Assembly (NCBI GenBank): GCA_035221665.1
Contig: CM069133.1
Coordinates: 20,584,001 to 20,648,000 of the forward strand
Reading direction: 5' to 3'
DNA from: Okamejei kenojei
Taxonomy: Eukaryota
Length of the DNA: 64,000 nt
Shown: piece by piece, positions 1 to 11,560 of the stretch
How the letters are laid out: every line of letters begins with the position of its first letter
How positions within the stretch are numbered: position 1 is the stretch's first letter
Notes under the pieces: model-generated
Database searches by the model: none
The model's input: the letters and a program-made list of their open reading frames with translations, nothing else
Told to the model about the DNA's origin: nothing
Made by a program: the position numbers and the translations under genes

Positions 1-450
1 CGGAGGACAGGGCAAGCGGGAGGGAGCGCTGTCTAAAAAATTCACACGGTACAAAGCCAAAGTGAAACAGCCACACACCACGATGAACAGGAAGGTTGGC
101 GCTGTAAAATGATGGCTAAAGCACAGTGTACGGTAAGTCCTTTGAAAGAGGGGTAAGAGGGGGGAGAAAGGGGGAGAAGGAGTGGAGACAACTTTTAAGA
201 AGCCAGAGATACACGGCCGGAAGCTCGGCGGACATTTAACATTACCGGTCGGTTATCCTATGGTTCTGAAAACGTTTTCTTTTCCCAATACCTTTTTTTT
301 TCCCAATGAGCCAAATTCACCGGTCAGCTACAACCTACGAGAACCTCCGATAACCTTCGACCTCCTGGCAACCCATTAGGACCTCCTGGCTGCCCACCTA
401 TGGCTGGAGAATTCTCGCTACTTTCCATGGCGGCTTCATTCTAATCACCG
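1..450. mobile_element. Probable partial non-autonomous DNA transposon (MITE-like), cut by the window edge
   Basis: Short reiterated ACCTACGA/GACCTCCTGGC motifs at ~330-400 resemble the interiors of the MITEs at 7981 and 56997; no termini seen. Confidence 0.3.
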
Positions 451-899
451 CTATAACAACATTTAAAAGACATTTGGACAGGTACATGGATAGGAAAGGT
501 TTACGGGGGTACCAGCCAAAAGTATGCAGGTGGGACATCATGGACAAGTTGGCTCAAAGGGCCTATTTCCATGCTGTATGACTCTGAGAATATGACTATA
601 GATGCTGAAAATCTGAAATCAAAACAGAAAATATTCAGCAGGTCAGGCCACATGTGTGGTGTAAGACACAGAGGGTTTTTGAAAGGGTCCCAATCTGAAA
701 CGTCACCGATCCATGTTCTCCAGATATGTCGGTTGAACGGCTGACACACTCCAGCACTTTGTGTCTTTTTTTTTTAAAGCAGCATCTGCAGTTCCTTCTT
801 TCTATGTGAAACATTAACTCTTCCCAAAAGATTCAGCCTGATCTGCTGAATATTGGCGGTATTTTTCTGTTTTGCTCCATTATGCAGCATCAGGGTATC

Positions 900-1760
900 A
901 CAGTTTGAGTTTAGTTTATTGTCCCGTGTGTACAGTGAAGAGCTTTTGTTTTGCGTGCTAACCATTCAGAAAGACAATACATGATTACAATGGAGCCGTT
1001 CGTAGTACATAAATACATGATAAAGGGAGTCATGTGAATAACGTTTAGTGCAATAAAAAGCCAGTAAAGTCTGATCAAAGATAGTCCAAGGGTCTCCAAT
1101 AAAGTAGATAGCAGTTCAGGACTGCTGAACAGTTGCCTGGGAACAACTGGGAAGAAACTGTCCCTAAATCTGGAGGTGTGCGTTTTCGCACTTCTATACC
1201 TTTTGCCCGATGGGAGAAGGAGTTGCCGGGGTGTGACTCATCCTTGAATATGCTGCTGGCCTTGCCGAGGCAGCGTGAGGTATAAATGGAGTCAATGGAA
1301 GGGAAGATAGACCGAAAACTTTGGTCTTATCAGGACAGGCAGCATCTCTGGAGGGAAGGGTTGGGTGACGTTTCAGGTCGCGAGCCTTCTCCAATGGAAG
1401 GTAGGTTGGTTTGTGTGATGTTCTGGGCTGCGTCCACAATTCACTGTCATTGCTTGTGGTCTTGGATGGAGCTGTTCCCAAAACCATGCTGCGATGCATC
1501 CCGATAAAAATGCTTTCCACGGCGCGTCTGTCGAAGTTGGTGAGAGTTGTTTGGGGGACATGTCGAGTTTACGAAGCCTTCTAAGGAAGGAGAGGCGTTG
1601 GTGTGCCTCCTTGGTCGTTGTTTCGATGTGGGTGGCCCAGGAGAAGTTGTTGGTGATGTTTACTCTTCGGAATTTGAGGCTGTCAACCATCCCTACGTCG
1701 GCGCCGGCATTGCAAACCGGCGCATGTGTACCACTTTGCTTCCGGAGGTCGAACACAGTG
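900..1760 (-). mobile_element. Rex1/Babar-clade LINE, 3' fragment, interrupted by a hammerhead module at ~1305-1392
   Basis: Minus ORF contains VNITNNFSWATHIETTTKEAHQRLSFLRRLRK and SGCIAAWF (post-RT region typical of Rex1/Babar); 3' end ACAATAAACTAAACTCAAAC on minus. Confidence 0.8.
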
Positions 1761-2704
1761 CGGTGACTGCGGTGGCCATTTAGTAACCCAGCAGTTCCAA
1801 TCTCACAACCGCAAGCTGACAAAATTCATTACGTTGTCAAACTGGCAATGATGGATTAATGCTTCATTCTATAAAAGAGTTTAGAGCTGTGATTACTTTT
1901 TGCTGCCAGTAATCCACGGACATAGATCATAGGTAAAATAAAGATAGGCACAATACATGCATTATGATAGCAAAATATAGAGCACACACGATGCTGTGGG
2001 GTGATTATTCCCACAGATGATACATTTGCTAGTACATTTGCAATCAATTTTCAGCAACATTTCCTGCTAGTCAAATGTAATGAAATTAACTTATTTTAAT
2101 CATGTGTCATCATTTATTCATTCAATGAACTATATTTCATGCGTGTTACATTTAATTACATTTTAATCAAGGCTATCAACATGCTTTTATAAATGAAACA
2201 TATCGTGCACATAAAACACTGCATTATATTTTAATTAGCAGCCTTAACATGCAATTCCGAATGCAACATTTATCTTCCTGTTATTTTATTGCATGCTGCT
2301 AAATGAAAAAACAGATAGTCCCATAATGTGTGAGAGTCTAATTAAAACACTGAGAAATAGAGGAGGCATAATGTTAGGAAGCCTGATTTAATATCGGGCC
2401 TCCTACAAAGACAGTGGATAGAATCAGAAAGTCACAGAGCAGAGAGAAGCAGTGAGCCATGGTCTCTATGATGAACAAATTGAAGCTATATAAGAAATTC
2501 CCCATTTCTGTCCCCGGCCTCGGGACATATTATTTCACTAATTCATATTCTCATCTCAGATGTCTTCTAAATGTAATTAAGATTTCTGCCTCCAGTACCG
2601 TTTCTTGCTGTGAATCCCATATCCCCACTATACGTCAGCTAAAATTATTTTTGTGCAACATTCCCCTAAACCTCACTTAATTATGTCTCCATCCCTGATC
2701 TTCA

Positions 2705-2972
2705 AACCCAGGATCGATCCCGACCAAGGGTGCTGTCTGCAAGGAGTTTTCACGTTGTGCCCATGACTGTGTGGGTTTCCCCCGGGTGCTTTGGTTTCTT
2801 CCCACATTCCAAAGACGTGCAGGTATGTAGGTCAATTGGCTTTTGTAAATTGCGCCTCGTGTGCAGAATGCGAAATTGGGATAACATGGAATTAGGGTAC
2901 GGGAGATCGATGGTCGGCATGGACTGGTGGGCTGAAGGGCCTGTTTCCACGCTGTATCTCTATACTTTAAAA
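2705..2972 (+). mobile_element. V-SINE (HE1-like), 5' truncated
   Basis: V-domain GGGTTTCCCCCGGGTGCTTTGGTTTCTTCCCACATTCCAAAGAC plus CR1-derived tail GGGCTGAAGGGCCTGTTTCC. Confidence 0.85.
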
Positions 2973-3259
2973 CTTCTTGCTCACTCACACTGGCCTCTTG
3001 TGAGTTTGTACATCATACTTACATCTTCCCTTGGTGTTCTTTGCTTCAAAAAAACATATTTACCAATCTAGCAATCTCCCCTCAAATAAAAATATTTACC
3101 AATCTAGCAATCACCCCTCCCATTTCATTTCATTTTATGTTGAGTTGAGTTTGGTTGAGTTCAGTTTATTGTCTTTTGTTGCGTGCTAACCAGCCAGCGG
3201 GAAGACCATACATGACTACCATCTAGTCATCCACGGTGTAAAGATGCATAATAAAGATA

Positions 3260-4420
3260 CAATAAGCCAGTTCAGTATTCCGACTGCGCATGCACAGGTC
3301 ATGGATCGTTCGGGATAAACACTTTCAGCGGCCGTGCCGCTGCATGGGTGCAGACCTGCGTCTTGTCCCTGACCACCCGCCACAGGGCAGTCCCCGTCCC
3401 CTCCCGAATGTCCCGAGGGCCGGCGGGAGCCGGATGGGAGCGGAGGAGCGCGGGGGGTGGGGGGGGGGGGGGAGGGCGCCGGCTTCAGCTGGGCTCTGCC
3501 TGTCCTGCCGGAGCGGTGGCCCAGGACCGCAGGCGGTGCGGAAAAGAAGCATCAACTCCAGCTCAACCCCGCCCGTCCCACCGACTGGACAAGCAGAGTC
3601 GAGCTGGGACCGGCACCTTCCCTCCTCGCTGACTGCCGTCCTGGACCTCTGGATAGAAGACCCTCCTTCAGACTTCCTACATCATTAGACTTTTGCGCCA
3701 TGGTTGGGATGGATGGGAGCGGGGATTTCCACGGGCGCAAGGAACAAATGACCTAAAGTTTGCGTTGAGTGAACTGTTCTTAACATCCTCGCCGAACACT
3801 GGCGTTTTGTGAGAGTGGCTGGATTCCAGCTTCAGCTCAGCCTTCAGTCGGTCACATTATCCGGACAGGCGACGGGGCATCGGCGATGGTCTGGAATCCT
3901 AGTCGGCCGCCGTCGAGCAGCGGGGTCAAGGAGGCAGCGGCCGACCCGGGGAATAGACGAGTCGGTTCTTCCAGCGGCGAGCGGAGAGGCACCAGCTACC
4001 GCGGGCTCGATCCCGGGATCCAACCACTCTCACAAAGCGGCGGGGTAGACGAGGACGGTAAGAACACTCGGTTCATTCAACGTCGTTGGCCATTTGTTCC
4101 TTGCGCCCGCAGAAATCTCCAGCGTGGTCGAGACGAGGGGGTTGTGAAGTTGCATTCTCTCGATTGAAGACATTTTCTCGACTCTCCTAGAAGCAACGAG
4201 CCATGGCTTTACCAGTGGTTGTCTGTCTAACTGAAACCTCTCTCCCCCACATCTCACCGTCTCGCTCCCTGTCTCCCGCACGCATCTGCCCCCTCTCTCT
4301 CGCTGTTACACCCCGCTCACCCCCGCTACCAGGCACCCCGTCCACTTTTTTTATTGTCGAATAACCTTTGCCAAATCCCATGATTCCTTGCGTTTTCAGG
4401 AATACCGAACTGGCTTATTG
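3260..4420. mobile_element. Unclassified non-autonomous TIR element, GC-rich interior
   Basis: 22-bp TIR with one mismatch: CAATAAGCCAGTTCAGTATTCC (3260-3281) / GGAATACCGAACTGGCTTATTG (4399-4420); internal ~105-bp inverted repeat. Confidence 0.75.
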
Positions 4421-4430
4421 GCCACTCCAA

Positions 4431-4820
4431 ATGAGTAGGTTAACCTATGATGAGCGTTTGTCGGCACTGGGCCTGTACTCGCTGGAGATTAGAAGAATGA
4501 GGGGGGACCTCATTGAAACATACAGAATAGTGAAAGGCTTGGATCTGGAGAGGATGTTTCCACTAGTGGGAGAGTATAGGAGAAGCAGTCATAGCCTCAG
4601 AATTAAAGGACGTCCTTTTAGGAAAAGATGAGGAGAAAGTCAGTGGATATTTTTGAGGCAGAGATAGATTCTTGACTAGTACAGGTGTCAAAGGTTATGG
4701 GGAGAAGGCAGGAGAGTGGGGTTAGGAGGGAGCGATAGATCAGCCATGTATGAATGGCAGAGTAGGCTTAATGGGCCGAATGGCCTAATTCTACTCCTAT
4801 TCCTATGACCTTATGACCTT
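4431..4820 (+). mobile_element. CR1-clade LINE 3' fragment
   Basis: LTYDERLSALGLYSLEIRRMRGDLIETYRIVKG; CR1 3' UTR with (CTTATGAC)n-like tail. Confidence 0.9.
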
Positions 4821-4849
4821 ATAAAGGGAATAACATGAACAACACATTG

Positions 4850-5400
4850 GGAGGTGGTTGTCATTGGCAAAGCTAGCATGTATTGCTCATGCGTATTTCC
4901 CATGGGAAGTGATTGAGAGTTGCCGGCAGTCTTTCTGATGAAGGTGGTCGCACATCAATGTTGGGGATGGAGATTTAGGATTTACACACAGTGACTATGA
5001 AGGACGTATAGTAGCTTTCCAAGTCAGAACTGTTTGTGACTTAGAGGGGGAGCTGCAGATTGATGGTGTTCCCAATTGCCTGTATCCACACCCTTCTTGG
5101 TGGTAGAGGTTATATACTTGAGATGTGTTGTTGGAGTAGCCTAGACTAGTAATTAAAGTTTACCTCTTATGTAGCTACTGTGTGCTGGTACTGTAAGGAA
5201 TGATTTTTTACAGTGGTGGATGAGGCACCAATCGAACAGTTGCTTTGACTCAGCGGGTCAGGCAGCATTTCTGGAGAACATGAAATTCTCTAGCATTTCA
5301 GGTCGAGACCATTCCTCACACGCAGACCACATGAGCTCCTTGAGTGTTGCTGGAGCTCCACTCATCCAGGTACATAGACCCAACTTGACCAAGATATCCC
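4850..5400 (-). mobile_element. Old, diverged LINE 3' fragment (CR1-like)
   Basis: Recalled resemblance to a common shark LINE 3' end (GGCAAAGCTAGCATGTATTGCTCAT...CCTTCTTGGTGGTAGAGG); no intact ORF. Confidence 0.4.
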
Positions 5401-5593
5401 GCATAAGCTAGTCTCTGGTCCTACACTCATCGTTAGAACATCTACACACGATATGATACGATAGAATTTTATTTATCCCAGGAGGGAAATTAATCTGCCA
5501 GCAGTCATAAAACACAAGATACATGAAATATGAAATTAAAGAGACGTGTGGAAAGGATTGGGGATGTGCAAAGATTGGGGAGGGCGTGGGGGT

Positions 5594-5634
<41 letters not shown>
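5594..5634. repeat. Poly-G tract inside a Rex-like 3' UTR fragment (~5447-5710)
   Basis: Uninterrupted G run; the related repeat copy at ~26345-26560 lacks it. Confidence 0.9.
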
Positions 5635-5635
<1 letters not shown>

Positions 5636-6024
5636 GGGGGGGGGGTGGTTGGGTGAGGGAGAGTCAGTCTACCCCACAACCGAAGGGGGAGGAGTTGTAC
5701 AGTTTTAATATAATATTGTGCATAACAAGCAGTCTTACGTCAGGCAGTCTAAAGAAGGGTCCACCTATCCACGTTGCCAGAGTCAGAGTTACTCCAGCAC
5801 TTTGAGCCTTCTTTTGTAAATCAGCGTCTGCGGTTCCCTGCTACATATTTAATGACTGCAGCTCTGCCTTCAACACATAATCCCAACCATACTCATCTCC
5901 AAACCACTGGACCCCTCTGCCACTGAATCTTGACTTTCTGAACCATAGACCACAATCAGTGGGGTTAGGCAACAAAACATCTTCCACGATAATTCTCAGC
6001 ACCGGTGTCTCTCCAGGCTGAAAT

Positions 6025-6325
6025 GTTTTAGTTTTTAGTTTTAGTTTTAGTTGATACAGCGCGGAAACAGGCGCTACAGCCCACTGGGTCCGCGCCGAGC
6101 CGCATATTGACGCTATCCTACACACAGTCGGGACAAATCTTACATTTACCAAGCCAATTAACAAACCTTTGGAATGTGGGAGGAAACCGGAGATCTTGGA
6201 AAAAACCCACACGGGGCGCAGGGAGAACATACAAACTCCGTACAGACAGCGCCCGTAGTCGGGATTGAACCCGGGTCTCTGGCGCTGCAAGCGCTGTAAG
6301 GCAGCAACTCTCCCGCTGCGCCAGC
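6025..6325 (-). mobile_element. V-SINE (HE1-like)
   Basis: tRNA-like head on minus (TGGCGCAGCGG, GGTTCAATCCC), V-domain, (CTAAAA)n tail. Confidence 0.9.
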
Positions 6326-6838
6326 ATGCAGCCTTCCACAAACGGTGCCAAAACCTGCCGACTGTTGCGTATAGGCTCACTGGGCTGTTTCTACGTATTA
6401 TACACTTATTGTACCTTATGTATGGCAATAATCTCCTGAGCTGTATGCAAAAAAGGAGTTTCACTGTTCATGGGTACATGTGATAACGGCGGAAGCAATG
6501 AATCATTGCTTGGGGTTGTGCTCCCAGTCCCTTACTGCGCTCCCTCTCTCATGGTGGTGCAGCCAGATTCTGCTCGAACTCCATTTACAAGTTTGAGGAG
6601 CTCAAACAAGTATGAGATGGAGTACAAGAAGGAGATAGAGAGCTTAGTAACATGGCATCAATACAACCACCTCGCCCTCAAAGTCAACAAGGCTATTGAG
6701 CGGTCCTCCCATATGTTAGGATGTAGTCCCAATCTTCCTGCCAGACGTTTTTTTTGTTCTTTTTGCACTACGTTGCACTTGTGGAAGCAAGGAATGGCAG
6801 ATGCTGGTTTAGAAAGCAGACACCAAATGCTGGAGTAA

Positions 6839-7389
6839 AGGGCCTGTCCCACCAGCACGCGACAGCATGCGTCTAGCGCGACCTAACATGGTCGCTTGAG
6901 CCGTACGGCCGCACGGGGCCGGTCCCACTTCGATCGCCGGAGCCGTATGGAGTTGTGTGGAGCTGGTCCCGACATCGCGCGGGGCTCCGAAAAACTGACA
7001 CTGTCCAAAAATCCCGCGCGGCAACGGCCAGTTGGCCCGCAGCCGCATTGAGGCCGTACGCAGCGTCTCGACGTCGCACGCAGTGTCTTGACGTCGTACG
7101 CCATGTCTGGATGCCGTACGCAGCGTCTTGATGGCGTACGCCCAGCGCGTGGCATTGCGCGATGACGTCACCGCCCCGGCGTGCCGTTGCGTGATGACGT
7201 CACTGCCAGACGCCGTGCGACGTCCAAATTCAGTCGGCCCGCCTCCTGCCCAGCTGATTGGAGAGTATGATGTCGGGGCCAGCTCCATACGGCTCCGCGG
7301 TTGGAAGTGGGACCGGCCCCTGCGAGGCCGTACGCCTCAAGCCACCACGTTTGTCGCGCTCGCCGCATGCAATCGCATGCTGGTGGGAC
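6839..7389. mobile_element. PIF/Harbinger-type MITE with long imperfect TIRs, right tip lost
   Basis: Starts TAA|AGGGCCTGTCCCACCAGCA; about 150 bp mirrored at ~7268-7389 (ends GCTGGTGGGAC); internal 20-bp tandem units at ~7052-7142. Confidence 0.75.
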
Positions 7390-7825
7390 TGAAGAAACAT
7401 CTGAAACATCACCTATACATGTTCTCCAGAGATGCTGCCTGACCCACAGAGTTTGTGTCATCTGTTGTACTTGTGCATGGCCTAATTATACTGATATCTC
7501 GTATGCTTTGATTTCACTGGATGCACACAAAAGGGCGGCACAGTGGCACGGCAATGGAGTTGGTGTCGGGCGACGTGGAGTGAGGATCCCGCTGCCGTGG
7601 GAAATAACATTGGAGGATCCGCGTGGGGTGACCGCCATGAGGGGGGGGGGGGGGGGGGGGCGGGGGGGGGTGATGAGAGGGAATTACAAAGGCGCGGATA
7701 CTGTGGGAATTTTGTAACTTGGTCAGCGTCCTTATATGGTGACCATTTGCACACCTTGGGTAAGCAAGCAAAGAATTTCGCTGTGACTTGTCACATGTGA
7801 CAATAAAGTACTCATTCATTCATTA

Positions 7826-8290
7826 CAGACACAGAGACCTGACTTCGATCCTGACTACAGGTGCTGTCTGTACGGAGTTTGCACGTTCTCCCTGTGTTTT
7901 CTCCGAGTGCTTCGGTTTCCTCCCACATTCCAAAGACATACAGGTTTGTCGATTAACAGGCTTCTGTAAACTGTACCTTATGGGCCATGTCCCACTTAGG
8001 CGATTTTTTTGGGTGACTGCTGCAAAATTTTAAACATGTTGAAATTTTTTCGGCGACTGTGGCGACAATTTCTGCTGTCGTAGGTTGACGTAAGCTGACG
8101 TAGGTGTTATCGTAGGTGCTGCCGTAGGTTGTCGCCAGATGTCGAAGGTGAATTCTATTAAAACGAGTCCCTGGCAGTCGCCTAAAGAGTGGCCAAAGTG
8201 GGACAGGCCCATTAGTGTGCAGGATAAAACTAGTGGATCGCTGGTCAGCGCGGATCCACTAGTTCCACGCTGTATCTCTGAAACTAAAAA
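7826..8290 (+). mobile_element. V-SINE split by a MITE
   Basis: V-domain at 7860-7945; SINE resumes at 8212 (TTAGTGTGCAGGAT) through the CTGTATCTCTGAAACTAAA tail. Confidence 0.8.
7981..8211. mobile_element. PIF/Harbinger-type MITE
   Basis: TIR TGGGCCATGTCCCACTT / AAGTGGGACAGGCCCA, flanked by a 3-bp TTA duplication (TWA TSD is characteristic of PIF/Harbinger). Confidence 0.85.
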
Positions 8291-8454
8291 AAGCTTTTCA
8301 CCGTATCTCGGTACAAGTGACGGTAATAAACCAATCCTAAAACCAACTCACCAGGCCTAGTATCCCTCATTACTTTTTCCTGCACCCCTTTTAAGCTCGC
8401 GTTTCCTGTTCCCTGTGTTCCTTTCACTCACCTTGTTATTTCCATGGTTCCATG

Positions 8455-8795
8455 ATAGAGTGGGTGTGGAGAGGATGTTTCCACTCGTGGGAGAGTTTAG
8501 AATTAAAGGTCATTGCCTCAGAATTAAAGGACTTTCTTTTAGGAAGGAGATGAGGGGGAGTTTTTTTAGTCAGAGGGTGGCGAATCTGTGGAATTCTTTG
8601 CCACAGAAGGCTGTGAAGGCCGTCAATGGATATTTTTAAGGCAGAGATAGATAGATTCTTCATTAGTACGGGTGTCAGAAGTTATGGGGAGAGGGCAGGA
8701 GAATGGGGTTAGGAGGAAGAGATAGATCAGCCATGATTGAATGGCGGAGTAGAATTAATGGACCGAATGGTCTAATTCTGCTCCTATCAATTATG
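8455..8795 (+). mobile_element. CR1-clade LINE 3' fragment
   Basis: RMFPLVGEFRIKGHCLRIKG...FFSQRVANLWNSLP plus CR1 3' UTR. Confidence 0.9.
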
Positions 8796-9549
8796 AACAC
8801 CCACTGGGTCCCTGTTTCAATCCAGCACTGAGATTGAGGCCCTAATATTTCCCTTTGTTGATGCACGTCAGGATTCCTCCAGAAATACTAGCAGCACACG
8901 TGACAAACCTTTAAAATGAACAGGGCGAATATTGATCATAAAATCATTAAAAAACGAGCACGTGAAGAATAAATGCATCTAATGGATCTTTATAAGCTTT
9001 TCCCTGGAGCCTGTGGTTGGCTTATTTGCAATTATTTGCTCATTTATTCTGATATGCTGTCAAATATCTAGCCAGGATCTAATTTGTAGACAGTGCTCTG
9101 AGTTCATGTCTCAGATTTCCAACGAGCTATTAACTTATATTTGTATTAACCAAACCTTTAACCCCACTACAGAGATGTCATAATAACATTGTTCATGTAT
9201 TACATCTGTCCACTGATGGTCATGTGGTATCGCTGGAGCCTCGAGTCAGAAGTCTGCAACCTCCACGTAATTAGCCACGATCGCAAAATCTACCGTCGCT
9301 CCCTGTGGCGCGCAGGCACGGTCTGACTGCAGTGTCGGAAGCTGAGGACAGGAGTTCATCCCAGCTCCGCAACCCACATGCTGAAGCAATCCGCTCATCG
9401 CCACGATATCAAGTCGAGGTTATTGTAAAATGCACAAATACAGTGAGGTGCAGGAACTGTGAAAATCTTACTTGCAGCAGCATCACAGCCACATACACCT
9501 ATACTAACACGCAAAAACATCAATCAAATGAGTCAAGCACAACAGAATA

Positions 9550-9701
9550 NNNNNNNNNNNNNNNNNNNNNNNNNNNNNNNNNNNNNNNNNNNNNNNNNNN
9601 NNNNNNNNNNNNNNNNNNNNNNNNNNNNNNNNNNNNNNNNNNNNNNNNNNNNNNNNNNNNNNNNNNNNNNNNNNNNNNNNNNNNNNNNNNNNNNNNNNNN
9701 N
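9550..9701. other. Assembly gap (152 N)
   Basis: Run of N. Confidence 1.
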
Positions 9702-9805
9702 TATTTTGATTAGTAGGGGTGTTGGGGAGAAGTTATGGAGAGGAGGCATGAGAATGGGGTTAGGAGGGAGAGATAGATCAGCCATGATTGAATGGAGGAG
9801 AAGAC

Positions 9806-9810
<5 letters not shown>

Positions 9811-9868
<58 letters not shown>
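9811..9868. repeat. (AG)n microsatellite
   Basis: Direct read. Confidence 0.95.
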
Positions 9869-9869
<1 letters not shown>

Positions 9870-10120
9870 CTAGAGTCGGCTGCCTGCCCCTTTTCCGGGC
9901 CTACGTCCGTGCACGTGTGTCCCTGGAGCGGGAACATGCGGTGTCCACGGGGACTCTGGAGGCCTTCCGTGGGCGCTGGTCACCGCGTGGGGTTCAGTGT
10001 ATTGTGAACAATGATTGTATTGTTGTACTATAATGGTTGTATATAGTGCCATTTTTGATTATGGTTTGATGTGTTGTATTATATGATTGTGTCAATAAAG
10101 TTTTTGAAAAAAAAATAAAA
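9869..10120 (+). mobile_element. Tx1-clade (L1-like) LINE, extreme 3' end
   Basis: CLPLFRAYVRARVSLEREHAVSTGTLEAFRGRW resembles Tx1 ORF2 C-termini; followed by stop, short UTR, AATAAA and poly-A. Confidence 0.7.
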
Positions 10121-10299
10121 TATATATATATATATATACACACAAGGGAAGGAACAAAGGACTGCCGTGAGTGGTGGGGTGGGGGATGGAGGGTGGGAGA
10201 CCAAAGGGCACACTGGATCCTTTTGTCAATGCCCTTTATGAGCGACTATTTGCATACCTTGGGTATGCAAGCAAAGAATTTCACTGTGACTTGTAAAGT

Positions 10300-10570
10300 A
10301 TTCAATTCAATCCAATAAAAACAAACAATAATAGTGCAAAAGGACAAATCCAATTCCCTGTAAGTCTGTAGTTCAGAGCTTATTTGCAGGTTGTAGTGTT
10401 TAATAGCCTGATGGCTGTAGGGGAGAAATTGTTCCTAAAGCTGGATGTTACCGTTTTCGGGCTTCCATATCTTCTTCCCGATGGCAGAGATGAAGTGAGT
10501 GTGTGGCCAGGGTGATGCGGGCCTCCGACGATGCTGCCTGCCTTTTTGAGGCAGCGACTCCTGTAAATCC
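10300..10570 (-). mobile_element. Rex1/Babar LINE 3' fragment
   Basis: IYRSRCLKKAGSIVGGPHHPGHTLTSSLPSGRRY...SFRNNFSPTAIRLLN. Confidence 0.8.
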
Positions 10571-10661
10571 CGAGCAACTTCCTGCCCTGTTTCATGTATA
10601 TAGTCGGGCAACTTCCTGCCCTGTTTCCTGTAAATAGTCGGGCAACTTCCTGCCCTGTTTC
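10560..10661. repeat. 34-bp tandem repeat, about 3 copies
   Basis: GCAACTTCCTGCCCTGTTTC starts at 10574, 10608 and 10642. Confidence 0.9.
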
Positions 10662-10811
10662 TGTGCTTCAAAAAAATCAAGAAATCTGTGATCCTAAAAC
10701 TATTGATCTCCGCACTGAAAATACTCAACCATTGAACAACCCCACAGCCAATCTGAATAGGGAATTAAAAAAATTAACAAACATTGGCCAAATAAATATT
10801 TTCTCGTCTCT

Positions 10812-11560
10812 AGGCAGCATGGTGGCGCAGCGGTAGGGTTGCTGCTTTACAGCACCAGAGACGCGGGCTCAATCTTGACTATGGGTGCTGTCTGTACGGA
10901 GTTTGTATGTTCTCCCCGTGACATGTGTGAGTTTTCCCTGGGAGCTCCGGTTTCCTCCCATATTCCAAAGACGTAGGGTTTGTAGGTTAATAGATTAACC
11001 CAGGGGCCACAGTCTTAGAAACCAGGTGCCACGGTCTTAGGATCCAGGGATCTTATAGAAACATATAAAATTATAATAGGACTGGACAAGCTAGGTGCAG
11101 GAAAAATGTTCCCATTGTTGGGCGAGTCCAGAACCAGGGGCCACAGTCTTAGAATAAAGGGGAGGCCATTTAAGACTGAGGTGAGAAAAATAAATTTCAC
11201 CCAGAGAGTTGTGAATTTGTGGAATTCCCTTTCCCAGAGGGCAGTGGAGGCCACACCACAGTGTGGATTTAAGAGAGAGTTAGCTAGAGCTCTAGGGGCT
11301 AGTGGAGTCAAGGGATATGGGGAGAAGGCAGGCACGGGTTATTGATTGGGGACGATCAGCCATGATCGCAATAAATGCCGGTGCTGGCTCAAAGGGCCGA
11401 ATGGCCTCCTCCTGCACCTATTTTCTATGTTTCTAATTGGCTTCGGTAAAATTGTAAATTGTCCCTAGTATGTGTAGGATAGTGCCGGTGCGCGGGGACC
11501 ACTGGTCATCGCAGACACGGTGGGCCTAAGGGCCTGTTTCCTGGCTGCGTCTCTAAACAT
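10812..11560 (+). mobile_element. V-SINE interrupted by a CR1 3' fragment (~10995-11434)
   Basis: Head GGCAGCATGGTGGCGCAGCGGTAG and V-domain; CR1 peptide MFPLLGESRTRGHSLRIKG...QRVVNLWNSL; SINE resumes at AATTGGCTTCGG. Confidence 0.85.

Noticed and set aside
5588-5660. Functional G-quadruplex
   Set aside because: Homopolymer expansion inside a repeat, absent from the sister copy; length is unreliable.
10560-10661. CRISPR-like array
   Set aside because: The intervening sequences are near-identical, giving a plain 34-bp tandem repeat in eukaryotic DNA.
10812-10890. tRNA gene
   Set aside because: A/B-box-like head continues directly into the V-domain and LINE-derived tail, so it is a SINE head.
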